39,728 nucleotides of DNA, from the NCBI GenBank assembly GCA_943704425.1, contig CALSCP010000716.1:1-39728 (forward strand), in the 5' to 3' direction. Below the pieces are notes generated by a model. It was not told the DNA's origin. It made no database searches and was given only the letters and a program-made list of their open reading frames with translations. The number at the start of each line of letters is the position of its first letter. Within the stretch, counting starts at the first letter, position 1. The DNA comes from Ministeria vibrans ATCC 50519. Taxonomy: Eukaryota > Protista > Filasterea. A program made the position numbers and the translations under genes. Positions 22,169 through 35,800 of this stretch are shown here, in pieces.

Positions 22169-22482
22169 GCTGTGTTGCCGTGTTGTGGTGTATAATACGC
22201 ATTGGGGGGGGGGAAGGAGTCGGGATTGGAACGAAGATTGAACCTTCTTTTTGATTAATTCTAATAGTCCTGAGAATGTTTAGAACTTAACCTCATTCAC
22301 TATTAGCTGGTCACTGGGTACACTTTATGATGCTCGATTAGCTGCCGTTCAAACAAATGAAGAAGACCAAACAAATGAAAATCGAAAATTCGATATCAGC
22401 ATTCTATTCAAACTAAAAGAGGTCAAATTTCAATTTTAAAAAGTAAATTTTCATCTGTTTACTTTGTGTGACTTGTTGTACC

Positions 22483-23380
22483 ATGCGTAAAGGCGACAAA
22501 CTCCTCCGCATCGGCGCGGATCACTCGTACACGAAGACAAGATGTTTTCTCATGGCACACTTCAAATGACTTGCTTTGTCTTTTCCCTCACACAGACATC
22601 GGAAGATGCTGTTGCGCAGCCTCTGCACCGAACTTGTAAGAAACGAGCGAATCACGACAACGTGGGCTAAGGCGCGGGCCCTGAGGCCACACGCAGACAG
22701 AGTAAGAAGAGGACAAAGAGTTGCCCAAAAAAAAATGAGCCTCTCACTCCACATTCGCCTAACACTCCTCTTCTCTGCGCTCCTCTGCACCGTTTTGCGT
22801 GGCACCCGGCAGTGTATTACCCTTGCCAAGAGACAGACGGCGACAAACAACAAACTAGTACGCAATGGCACATTTGCGATGGTCCAACTCACTTTCCCTT
22901 TGCACTGTCTGTCTCTCATCAGATTTCCCTCAAATATGTCATGGACAAGTCGTGGTTGCCCAAAGTCCACTCGCTGGCTCTTCGGTTTGCCAAAAACCCA
23001 GGTGGCTATACGCGTCTCTTCAAGGTACACAAACAAGCGGATGTCGTAGATTATTGCAATTGCACTTACTCTCTTTCTTGTTTCGTTCTCCTTTCTCTAT
23101 CACTTTGTTCTTTCTTCTTTCTTTCTCTCTTTCGTCCTGGTAGGTTCTTCCACGCATGGGTGACCGAGCACGCATGGCTACTATTGAGTGGACCAAGAAT
23201 GACCTTCCTCCATTGCGTCCCACTCCTGAGACGAAACTCGCTCTGAAGGAGCAACTCACCACCCTCACCCAGAAACGTGTTGAGGCACGCACCACCACTG
23301 CAGCGAGCAAAGAAGCCGAAATTGCAGCTGCGCGTGAAATGCTTGTCCGAAGTGCCCTCACGCGCCAGTTTGACGTCTAA
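22483..23380 (+). CDS. MRPL17: Ribosomal protein L17 (bL17, probably mitochondrial), 5 exons
   Basis: HRKMLLRSLCTELVRNERITTTWAKARALR, ITLAKR, GGYTR and GDRARMATIE, separated by GT-AG introns. Confidence 0.9.
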
Positions 23381-23615
23381 ACATCTGACTTTTGTACCTA
23401 TACAATTTACTATTCCTACAGACCTTACTTTTACTCCCCCTCTCTCTGTCTCTCTGTTCATTTGATTTTGCGCCTCTTGCCTTTGTCGTGATCGCAACCC
23501 TTGCCAGCGATTCTGCTTTCCGCACTATACACACAAAGTCAGACGGTTAACTCAGAATTGTATTAATCATTCTAAAATCTAAATTATTATTATAATAATA
23601 AATAATTATCTTTCA

Positions 23616-24535
23616 ATGTCGGGCCCTACTTGCGACTACCACAAGCACGAGAAATGGGGAATACACAAGCTTAACGTGGACTCCTACGGAAACTCGTCTG
23701 GTTCGTACTCCCGTTGTCCCCTGACGCGCATTCTCACCGCCAGTGCACCCCGGCAGGAAACGTCAAGCGACAAGGCCACATCTTCTGCTCGCAGCACTGT
23801 GCCATGGCCTACGCACACGGCCCTGCGCCTGCTGTGACCGCCCACCCTTCAACGGCCGTCAAGCGACCCGCAACTTGTTCGGATTCGCCACAGAAACGCA
23901 AAAAGCCCGCTGTGCCATCCGCAGCGCCCTCCGCAGCGCCCGCGTCTGCTCCACCGTCTTCCGTGCCCCGGTCAGCGCCCGCCAGCGCCGCATCGGCCTC
24001 TCCGAAGGGCAGTGGTGGGCGTGGGGGTGGCGTGAAAGAGGTGATCGGCGACCTGTTCACCGCCACGACCAGCCTCGCCCACTGCATCTCGTGCGACATT
24101 GTGATGGGCGCAGGCATTGCGAAAATCTTCAAGTCCAAGTTTGGTGGTGTCGATGAACTGAAGAGACAAAGCGCAGCACAGGGACGACGCACAGGAGGGA
24201 CACTGTCACTTGCACGCGACGGGCGCCGCATCTACTACCTCATCACGAAAGAAGTCTACCGCGACAAGCCCACGTACGCCTCGGTGGAGGTATGCCACAC
24301 GAACACATTCACACACACGCACAGGGAACAAGTCAACTCGTTGTTCCTGTAGTCGTCCCTGAAGGAGATGCTCAAGCAATGTCGACAACAAGGTATTACA
24401 AGTGTGTCAATGCCTCGCATTGCCACTGGCCTTGACCGTCTCGAGTGGCCCCCCATCAAAGCGACACTCGAGCGCGTGTTCAACGACTCTGGCGTCCAGA
24501 TTATTGTCTACGAAATGCCTCCTCGACGGAAGTAG
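23616..24535 (+). CDS. OARD1: TARG1/OARD1-type macrodomain ADP-ribose hydrolase with an N-terminal Cys/His motif and Ala/Ser/Pro linker
   Basis: GDLF...SLAHCISCDIVMGAGIAKIFKSKFGGV...RDGRRIYYLITK...KPTY...SMPRIATGLDRLEW. Intron at 24290-24352. The first intron near 23676-23743 is tentative. Confidence 0.88.
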
Positions 24536-24638
24536 CTAGTAGCCTCTGTACAGTACAATTCAAGAAAGTATACACACATATACACATATATAGATACATA
24601 CACACGCAGTCGGTGTCACTCCTTTTAAATGTGTTTTG

Positions 24639-24872
24639 TTACGTGTCGCCACACAAGCTAGTAAGCTTGCGCACCGAGGCACAGGCGGGTCCGTAGTGGA
24701 TGCGGAAAAGTCGAATTGCTTGCGCAGCTGTACTCTGTGCCTCCCGTCCATTGCGGCTGTGTGCCCACAGCTCAGCCAGCTTCTCCAGCTCATGCGCAAG
24801 CTCAATTGACTCAGCACCAAAGGTCGCCTCAACTGCAACACACGATCGCTGCAACAGACGACCAAAAGAAAA

Positions 24873-24909
<37 letters not shown>

Positions 24910-26568
24910 TATTATTTTATTATTGTTATTATTCAATTATTAATAATTATTATTAGTATTATTCTATTAATTTTATTATTCTATTATTTTATTATTCTAT
25001 TATTTTATTATTCTATTATTTTATTATTGTTATTATTCAATAATTATTTATTAATATTCTATTAATTTTATTATTCTATTATTTTATTATTGTTATTATT
25101 ATTTTTTTCTCATTATTATTATTCTTATTATTATTCTTATTCTGATTATTATTCTTATTATTATTATTCTTATTATTATTCTTATTGTGATTATTATTCT
25201 TATTATTATTATTTTTATAATTATTATTATTATTATTATACGTACTTGGGCCAGCTCTGCGGCACTTTGGTAGTGCCCAAGAGCCGCATTCATCTCAGAC
25301 AGAGCGTCGCACGCAGCACCAACATCAATGTCAGTGGGGCAGAGCACACGCACACGCAACGCAAGTGCCTCCTCCACAAGCACCAAGGTAGCCGGAGAAG
25401 GGGCACTCGCACGAGCCACTCGAAGACGCTCTGCAGCCTCGACAAGCAGCCCACGCCGCTCGTCACACTCTGCGCGCGTCAGCTTATGCCCACACAGAGT
25501 GCACAGACTCAGCTCAGACAAGTCACAGTCGAAATCGACATCCTCGGCAGTGTGCTCGCCCTCAGGACACACCACACAGCGAATTTGTCGCAGACCCACA
25601 CCACCCGCGCACGCGTCACACTCACACACAAAATGATATTGTTGTTGCAAATGCTCTCGCCGTGCACGACGTCCCATGCGGCCCACCTGGGGTCCGTACG
25701 AGTGGCGCAGCACCGTCCCCGCACGAAGCTCCTCGGACGCGCGCACCTCGATGCGCGTTCCCTCAAAGCGCAGTGTCACATTCGGTCGACAGCCATGATT
25801 CAAAAACGAAGCAAGAGAGTACACACCCAACCCTACTTGCTCCTGAACTATAGCCGACGTGCCTGCCAGCGACCCAGACGCTTCAGCAGACACCGCAACA
25901 TTGTGACGCGTCACGGCAAATCCGTTTGCATACACGCGCCCAAGCTGATACACCAAATCCACAATGCACTCGTCCCGCAAGTCATGTCCGCACACCAATG
26001 AAAGTTCAGTAGCATCACGCACAACATTGCGAAACGTCTGATCGCTCAAATTCCCAATGTGCGCCTCAAGCGTCGCAATGACTTGGCATCCAGAATGAAA
26101 TCCGCCGTGGTCCAAGCAGACGCCGGCCGTCCGTGCTGCATCGGACGACAGCACATCCTGCTTCGCCACGGGCAACACAGCTGAAGCACCAAGTGCCAAG
26201 CTGCATGCGGGAGTCTCGGGTGTCGTTGTCGCTCTCGCCTGGGCCTGCGCGCACTCTTGATGGAGAGCCAGCGCAAGACGCATCTCGCGAGTGTATCGAC
26301 ACGCCGTCGTCTTCGTTGGCACGCACGCGACTGGATGTTCCGCCAGAAGCAAGGCACCTGCAGGTACATCACTATGCACGCACAAATGCCGTCCTTCACG
26401 GTCGCCCATTGCGCAAACGAGTGCTTCACAAATCGTCAACTCACACAAAGGTGCTTTTCCAAACCCTTCAAAGTTTGGCGGCGTCATCGCAGGCGCCCTC
26501 AGCTTTCTCTTGCACTCGCTCAAACGTGTCATAATTTTCAAAACGACATCATCTCTTTGATCCGACAT
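24639..26568 (-). CDS. SMYD-type (SMYD4-like) SET-domain lysine methyltransferase with a C-terminal TPR-like region (~510 aa, 2 exons)
   Basis: EGRHL...AGALLLAEHP, GLGVYSLASFLNHGCRPN, LRHSYGP and post-SET QYHFVCECDAC. AT-microsatellite intron at 24849-25245. Confidence 0.85.
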
Positions 26569-26959
26569 CGTACAATAAATTGTAATACTGTAAATTTCAA
26601 ATGTTATGACTAAAGTCATGGTAATATTGAACATATTGAACAATAAAATATTTTTTCTTCGAATTCTTCGTACGCTCGCTGTGAGAGCGTATTTGTGGGT
26701 CTATGGGCGCCCCATCTTTTTTGGAGTTAGTCCGTGGCGGAAGCATTGTATTACTCTCTTTTATGTGTGTATTACTATTTCTCTCTCTCTCTCTCTCCTT
26801 CTTTTCATTTATTCCTAATATTATTTTTCATCTTTATTTTGATATATTTTAGTATTGCGCTGCTCTTTGTTTTGTAAACTGTCTTGTTTTGACATTGAGT
26901 ACAGCTCTTGGTTCTCTATTTATTTTTCTTATTTTGTAAATGAGTCTCGATTGCAATAA

Positions 26960-28069
26960 TTACATACTGACCATGGACGGTTTCAAGTGCTCCGGTAAAC
27001 CGTAGAGTGCTTGTGCGCCGAGTCTATCCATAGGCGACACGCGAAACTCGTGTGTCCCGACGCCTGCGACAACATTGCAAAAGAGCATGACAATGATGAA
27101 AGTTGTGTCACACGTTGATTTCATACCTTCGTGAGGATACCCCATAATGGAGTACTTGTCAAACTTCGTCACTTGATAGTGCTCGTCCGTGTGTGCTCCC
27201 TGTTGGCTGCTGTGTAGTGCCTCGGGCCGCTCGTGCTCGTGGCGAAATCCTAGAATGTGTCCGAGCTCATGACAGAGCACTCCTTGACGATCCCAGTTGT
27301 CGCGCCCAAAGAAAAACCCCGGATAGATACGCAGCTGCCGTTTGTTCACCGGCTCGTGCGGAAGAAAAGCAACGGCAATGGCGCCTTTGAGCTTTGCGTG
27401 CGGATTTGCCTCGTAGCGCACAGGAAAGAGCGCCTCGGGCTCACTTGCAGACGCAGTCCATGGCACAAAGCGCACGTCACACACACCCCTCCATGTGGCA
27501 CAAGCACCCTCAAATTGTTGAACAAACGTGGCACGATGGGCGTCAGGGAACGTCTCAATCACAATCTGATAGGTGAGGTTGCGCCGACGGTCCTGCGACC
27601 AAATCGCTGCGGCATTGTATGGCGACGCATGATCCACCTGAGCAATGAGGGCCGTCGCCTTGTCCAGCGACTCAATCTGGTCCGGCAGCATGTCCCACTC
27701 AACCGAGTAGGTGCGTCGCAGTCGCGCTGACGCCGCCCCTGCGTCGCTGCTGTCGTGCGCCCGCTTCTTCGCCGCTTGTCTGCTGCTTTCCAGCTTGTCC
27801 GCCAATCCCTCCTTGTGCATCGTCCGCAACGACTTGACCAGCGCAGCAAATACCTCGGCGGGCTTCCCGTGCTGCGTAGCCGACGTCAGCGCCCGCATCA
27901 GCTTGACGTTCTGCAGCGTTCGTGACCTTGCTTCGAAAACGTCGTCAAAGGTCGTTTGCGACACAAATGCAGCGACATCCGAGGCAATCTGCCCCGCATC
28001 GCTATGCGTCAGTGCACTGACAAGCTCTCCTTGATTCTGCTCGAGCGCAATCGTCTCTGGATTTGACAT
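26960..28069 (-). CDS. Metzincin zinc metalloprotease (matrixin/astacin-like), no signal peptide
   Basis: HELGHILGFRHEH zinc motif, Met-turn DKYSIMGY, IAVAFLP and C-terminal SPMDRLGAQALYG. Probable 63-nt in-frame intron at 27064-27126. Confidence 0.88.
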   Translation of the reverse strand: MSNPETIALEQNQGELVSALTHSDAGQIASDVAAFVSQTTFDDVFEARSRTLQNVKLMRALTSATQHGKPAEVFAALVKSLRTMHKEGLADKLESSRQAAKKRAHDSSDAGAASARLRRTYSVEWDMLPDQIESLDKATALIAQVDHASPYNAAAIWSQDRRRNLTYQIVIETFPDAHRATFVQQFEGACATWRGVCDVRFVPWTASASEPEALFPVRYEANPHAKLKGAIAVAFLPHEPVNKRQLRIYPGFFFGRDNWDRQGVLCHELGHILGFRHEHERPEALHSSQQGAHTDEHYQVTKFDKYSIMGYPHEGMKSTCDTTFIIVMLFCNVVAGVGTHEFRVSPMDRLGAQALYGLPEHLKPSMVSM

Positions 28070-28242
28070 CGATTAAAATGAATGACAAGTTGACAAAAAT
28101 TCAAAATAGTTATGATCTAACAGTTACACAATGACTCAAACACGACTCAAAAGTCAGTTCATTCTCTTCCTGTCTCCTAGACTCGTGCTTGCCCAAGCCC
28201 AACCCTCCCGCAGGCTACCCCCGAGTGTCTCTGCCGCTCGGC

Positions 28243-29608
<1,366 letters not shown>

Positions 29609-29834
29609 CAATGTGGCCCTAATTAAATACACTTTCATACGCCCTCCTCTGTACAACCCGTTTTGTTCAAACGCCCCCCACTCACTGCCTCATACTGCAC
29701 CAGTGTTTAATAAAAAAGCGCGTGTTTATAATAATAAAAAGTTTAAAATAATATTACTCTCTCCCTCTCTCCCTCTCTCTCTCATCTCGCCCTCAATCTC
29801 TCCCTTTTACAGAGAGCGATCTCTCCTTTTACGC

Positions 29835-32800
29835 TCACGAGGTAAACATGACGTCAAAATGGTTTAACAGTGTCTCGAGAAAGGAGGACAGCTTGGGTGT
29901 GCTCTGGAAGGAGGCCAGGTCGTCATTGCGCGAGCGGATCAACGTCGGCCCAAACACCACGCAGATGTTGCGCACGTTCATCTTATTGCGGTCCGCCAGT
30001 GCCACCACGCGTAGCAGGTGTTGACCCAGATGTCGCAGCAGCACCTGGCTCATCGGTGGTAGCGTCGCCACAACCGCCCGTGCCGCACTCACGCGCTCCC
30101 GCTCTTCCTGAAACTTGTCCGCCTCCAGAATCGTCTCGTACACCATGTAGGGGAACAGCGGCTCGGATAGCTCGCGAAAGTACTGCTTCACCGCTCCACA
30201 CAGTGCGTGCACATCGTCCCACTGCGACAACGTCACGTTGCGTGTCTTCTTGCGATTAAACGCCGTCAGAATGGCCGTGACATCGCGCACACTCCCACTC
30301 AGTCGATACAACCCTTCCTCTTCCAGACCCCGTCGCTCAATCTCCTCAATGCACCGCACCACAAGAACAGGAAGCTCCGATACATGCACGTCCGCCGCAC
30401 GTCCACTCGGTCGCATCACCGACAGACGATCCGATGTGCCCAACTGACGCAACTGCTGCAGTCGACGTGACTCCATCGCTCGCTGGTTCGGCGTCAACGT
30501 TCGCTTCGTGCTCTTCGCTCGCGACAAAGCATCCTTGCCTGCCCCACCCGCGCCGCTACCACTGCTCCCACCACCCGCTCCACTTCCACCGTTGCTTCCT
30601 CCTGCTCCCCCTCCTCCTCCACTGCCACTGCCACTGACCCCGCCGTCAATCGCAGTGATTCCATCTCCGGCACCGAGTCGTCGGGGCGCCCCACTGTGTC
30701 GTCGGACCGTTGCACAGTACTCAAAGCTCTTCTCGGCAGTCGCTTCGCCACCGCTCCGCGTCGTCACCACCACAGGCTGGGATCCTCCACTGCCCGGCGG
30801 GACCATGCAACTGCATTCGCTTTCGCTGATCCACCGATGCTCTGGACACTCAACCATGCCAATCCGCACCGACAGCAAATCCTCGCCACTGCGTCCCAGC
30901 GCACTGCCCACCAGCGTAATCCATGTGCCAGGTGGTCCTGCATCCGGCTCCATCGTCGTCACATGCGGCGCTACCACTCCCGCCGCACGCGGCCGTGGCA
31001 TCTCCAGCAGAAACGAGCTCGTGCACCCTAACACCTTGTCGTGCAGGTTCGTCAGTGCCGTGTCCGCCAGTGGCAACAGCCCATCACGGAATGCCTCCGC
31101 CGCCAACGACGCAAGTCCCTGCACGCGCGTCTCAGACTCCGCCCGATTGCTACTGTTGTTGTCGGTGTTATGGTCGCCATTTTTTGCTTCCTCATCGGCA
31201 TTGGACGCGTCAAAGGACGACTCGGGTAGCGACAGTGGCGCCCGTCGCTGCAACAGCGTCAGCAACTGCAGCGAGTCGTCTTCAATCTCGCGTGTGTCAC
31301 GATGAAAGCCCATCATCACTTGCTTCAGCAACACCACATAGGACGCGTCGGTGAGCGGCGGAGTGCACGGGTGTCGCAGAAACGCCTGGACCATCTTCAG
31401 CATAGGCTGCACCCACTTGTCGTCGCGAATCGAGCCCACCAGACCAATGAGCACGTCCACTACCGCCGCAAACGTCTCGCTCGCCTCAAACACGCAGGCA
31501 AACGCAGCCACAAACTCAGTGTGCGCGTCACTCTCGTCAAACGATGACCCATGCTCCCCTTCGGCCGCATCGCCGCCGCCTCTCTCATCGATGGGTACCC
31601 CCGCGGCCATCTGCGATACGCTGCTGCTGCTACTGTTTTTGATATTGCTGCTGGCCTTGAACACAGCACTAGCACCCGCTCGATTCACCCCGACAAAGTC
31701 GCTCCCATGGTTGTTCGTGTTGCCTCCTCCTCCTCCCCCTCCTCCTCCAACGCCCCCGACACCATTTCCGTCGTTGGCCGACTGCTTGCGCTGCACCGCT
31801 TCACACGCGAGGCGCGACCAATGCTGGAAGAGCTCCTTGAACGGTGCCAACTCGGTTGCATACCCCGACTCATCAATGTACTCGATTGCCGCATCGTCGG
31901 CACCGCCGCGTCCTATAGCGCATTCAATGCCGTAAAAAGCCAGCACAACGGGCACAAGGCCATTCTCGTCCAAAAGGTTTCCATCGCCACGGCCACACAG
32001 ACGCGCCATAGCCGCCAGCAGTGACACCGATTCGCGTCGCGTCTGCCAGTAGCACACGCCTCGCAGCAGCACACTGACAATCACCTCCTCTGTCGTCCAC
32101 AGCGACGGTGTCTTGGCCGTGCGCCACACGCGATCCGCACACTTGAGTACCCATTCGCTCTCAAGCAACTCCGTCTCCAGCACCGCCAGCACAAAGTCCA
32201 GGCCCACATCAAAAACGTCCATGTGCGAACTCGACGCAAGCGCAAAGCCCACCTCGCACATGAGCTCGTAGCACTCGTGCGAATTGAGTCGCTGCTCCCG
32301 TACACATCGTACCAAAAGCTCCACTACCATGTCTGTCTTTTGACCTTGGCCGTCGCGCATCGAAATGAACAGCGCAAACACCAGTTTCTCCATGACGTCA
32401 AGAGAATAGTCGTCGCAGGTCAGTTGCTCAAACAAACTCAGCGCCTCGATGCTCAGCGACACGGACGCCAACGAGACAGCCCATTCCAGTGCCAGCGCTG
32501 CCCACTCCACTCGCAAGTTGGGTCGGTGCTCCTCGACCATGCGCGCAAGCTCAAGCAGCGTCGGCGGTCCCGCCTCAAATAGTCCCCGCTCGTTGCTCAG
32601 CAGCACACACACCTCCGAGTAGCCATTCTGCGCACTGCCTGCAAACAGCGAAATGTAGCGTGCTACCTGTTGCGCCGACTGCGGTGTGGTCCCCGCCACA
32701 GCACGTGTACTCTGATTGCGACGCGGTCCAAAGCACAAAGACGCTAGCAAGTTCGCCACACAGCCATTGGGAAGCTGCGCACGCTCGCACTGCACCGTTG

Positions 32801-35800
32801 TGCTGAAAGGATTCGGTCCAAACAACACCAGTGCATTCATGAGCAACAGTGGCATCGCGCCACACAACTCAAGGGGATTCTCGCGTGCCACATCCGAAAG
32901 CAGCTCAAAGGCAAACGCCTCCGTGTCCAGCGGCTCGCCGACAATGCTTCGGTCAGGTGTCGCGTCGCTCGCCTCCTTGTATTTGCGCAGGCGCGTTTCC
33001 ACGTCCTCCTTGACCGTAGGTTCCTCAGTTGAGGCCGTATGCAACTCTTTCACCAGCAGCGGCACCATAAACGACACGTGCGGCGTGCGAGCAATCGCCA
33101 GGGCAATGCGCCGTACCACGTCAATGGCGTGGCCGTCGCGCGGCGACGCACTCACCGCACTCAGGTAATGTGTCCGCAAAAACATAATCACCATGTTGAT
33201 GAGACCCCCACGACTGCTCATGAAGTTCTCCCATAGCGCCATCGCCGATAGCTCCGTCTCCGACGCCGTCACCGAGCGATATACAAGCATATAAAGCATC
33301 TCAAAACAATGGTCCAGCGGCGGTCCGGGCTCGCGCGGCAAGTCCTCAATCCACGGACCCAGCACCACCAGCATGGCGGCCTTGTCGTGCGCCGGAATCT
33401 GTCCTTGCAGACGCGTCGCCTCTTCGATCAGCGGCAAGGCAAGGTCCGGGCGAGCGCGCGCACACGCCTGAGAGTATTCGAGCACACTTGCATGGCGCAC
33501 CGCCTCGTACGGATGCGACAGGCACACAAGCGACGTGCCCGCATCAATACGCATTGCCGGATTGGGTTGCTTCGCAAGGGCACCCTGCAGACGCGCTGCA
33601 ATCGCTCGACTGCGCGCATCGCGACTGTTCGTGTGCAACAGTGCCGCATACAGTAGACGAGGCACGGGAAACACGTCCGCCCACGGGTCACACGTGTCGC
33701 GCACAACACTGTCCACAAGACTGCGCAGTGCAAGTACGCACGCATCGCTGTCGGCTGCATTCTCAGTGCCGTGAAAGGAGTGATGAAGCACGGCCGCAGC
33801 CACACCAGGATTGTGTCGTAACAGCTCCGAATGAGCACTCGCCACCTCCTCAATGACGCAGTATGAAGTGCCCGCAAGGGAAAATAGCCGTCGCTGCACC
33901 TCCGTCTCCAACTCGACATTCTCCAGCGGTCCACGCGCCAACACTTTCGTCAGCAGTTGCAATGCCGCTACCCCAAGACGCTCGGCGGGCGTCTCGCCCA
34001 CACCCACACCATCAATGCGGTCGTGCTCGCCAATACCAATGACGGTGCCGCGTCGTCGCCCGAGTACACGCAACTCGCTCAGCAGACCCGGTGTCGAGGG
34101 TGTCGTGACCGCAGCGCTCTCTATAGGCGCACCAGGTATCGACGTGACGCTGGACAGCGCCGAGCCTTCCGAGACGGGCTGGAGTGTTGTCGCACGTGTC
34201 ACTCGCTCACGGATGGCGGCACGTGACGACGCAGCAGACAACGCGCCGGCCACAGGCAAAGGTGACGCTCCCGTAGCTGCTGCAGCTGCAGCTGCCAAAT
34301 TTGAAGCGCTGGCTTGCTGCTCTTCGGTCAACAAGCTCCCCCGCTTTCGTTTTCCACCACTGACAATCGGTTCGCTGTCAAGCCCTCCACCAAGGTAGCT
34401 TGATGAGTGCGCCGAGCGATGCGCAGCACTGGCCTTGCAAGATGCGGGTCGTTCCATGTGATCAGCAATGTCAACAAGAATCGTCACAAACGACACAAGA
34501 ATGCGCTTGTCGATGGGCACGTCCGAGCGTTCAACAACGCTGCCACAGAGACGTGCCGCGTACGTGAGCACCTCCGACGGATGTGTGCGCAATTCGTTCT
34601 GAGACAAATTAGACCAGTTGGAGAAGGCGGCAAGCATCACACGACGACACTCAGTCTCGTCGACGAGCTCACGCTGCTCCATGGTGAAGGCCATCATCGA
34701 GTATAGGCGCAGCTCAAGACGTAGAATCTCCCAGAGAAACGCTTGCTGCTGTTGTTGCTGCTGCTGTTGTTGCTGTTGCTGTTGCTGCTGCTGCGACGAA
34801 GACAAGGACATGTCATCGGCGGTCATGGAGCGGCCGCGTCGGTCGCCAAAAAACCGCCGACTCGCCGACATGACAGCGTCACGCGCACTCTGATGTGTGC
34901 TGATCAGCGACGCGAAGAGCTCGTTCTCAATCTCGCTGCCATGCCCCAGCGCATACAGTGTCGTGTAGCAGAATTCAGAGACAATCTGAGGCGTAACCAT
35001 GCCAGTGAGGCGTGAAAAGTCCGGGCCACGCATGGCACTGCACATGAAAGCCAGACGACGTCGCCACGCCTCCACTTGCTCCTCGGATAGACGTGTGTCG
35101 TAAATAGGACGTGACGCAGCGCCCACGCCCATCGACGTCGATCCCCCGCCCCCTGCGACTGTTCCTGCGCCACTTGTGGCGTCCGTGACTGCGCCATCCA
35201 CAAGTGATGGTGCCACATTGATGGCCGATGCCATGGAGGTCATGCCGGGCGACATGGGTGGTCCTTCGGGAACAGAGCTAAGCATCGACGCACTCGTGCC
35301 AGGGCCACCACTGCCACCACCACCACCACTGCCGCCAGTACTGCTCCCTGAGGAGAGCACAGCATTGGTATTGCCGTAGATTTCGTGGCCACTGCCGTCG
35401 GAAAAGTAGGTGGAGCTGTCCAGGACAGTGTCAAAGGGGTTCCACATGGGCACGAGGGCTCGCCAGGCGAACATCAGCGCCGGTGCACATTTCTCCCAGT
35501 CGACTGTGGCGGCGTGGCGCAACGACGCAGCCCAGGCTTCGTCGCGTCGCTCGGGTTCGTCGGCAAGGGCACCTGTCGGCAACAACGTGCGGGAGGGTGT
35601 TGATGGAGGCAGAACCGTGCGGGAGACACGCTCGGGTCGGTCGAGGCGCTCCATGGGTGAGTCGGCAATGGTCTGGCATAGGGCAGCCGCCTCGAGGCGC
35701 ACCCAAATGTTGTTGTGGAGACCCACGAGAACACAGGCACCGTCGAGCGACGGTCGAATGCTCCACCACTCGCCGCGAAAGTCCACAAAGCGACCGGGAA

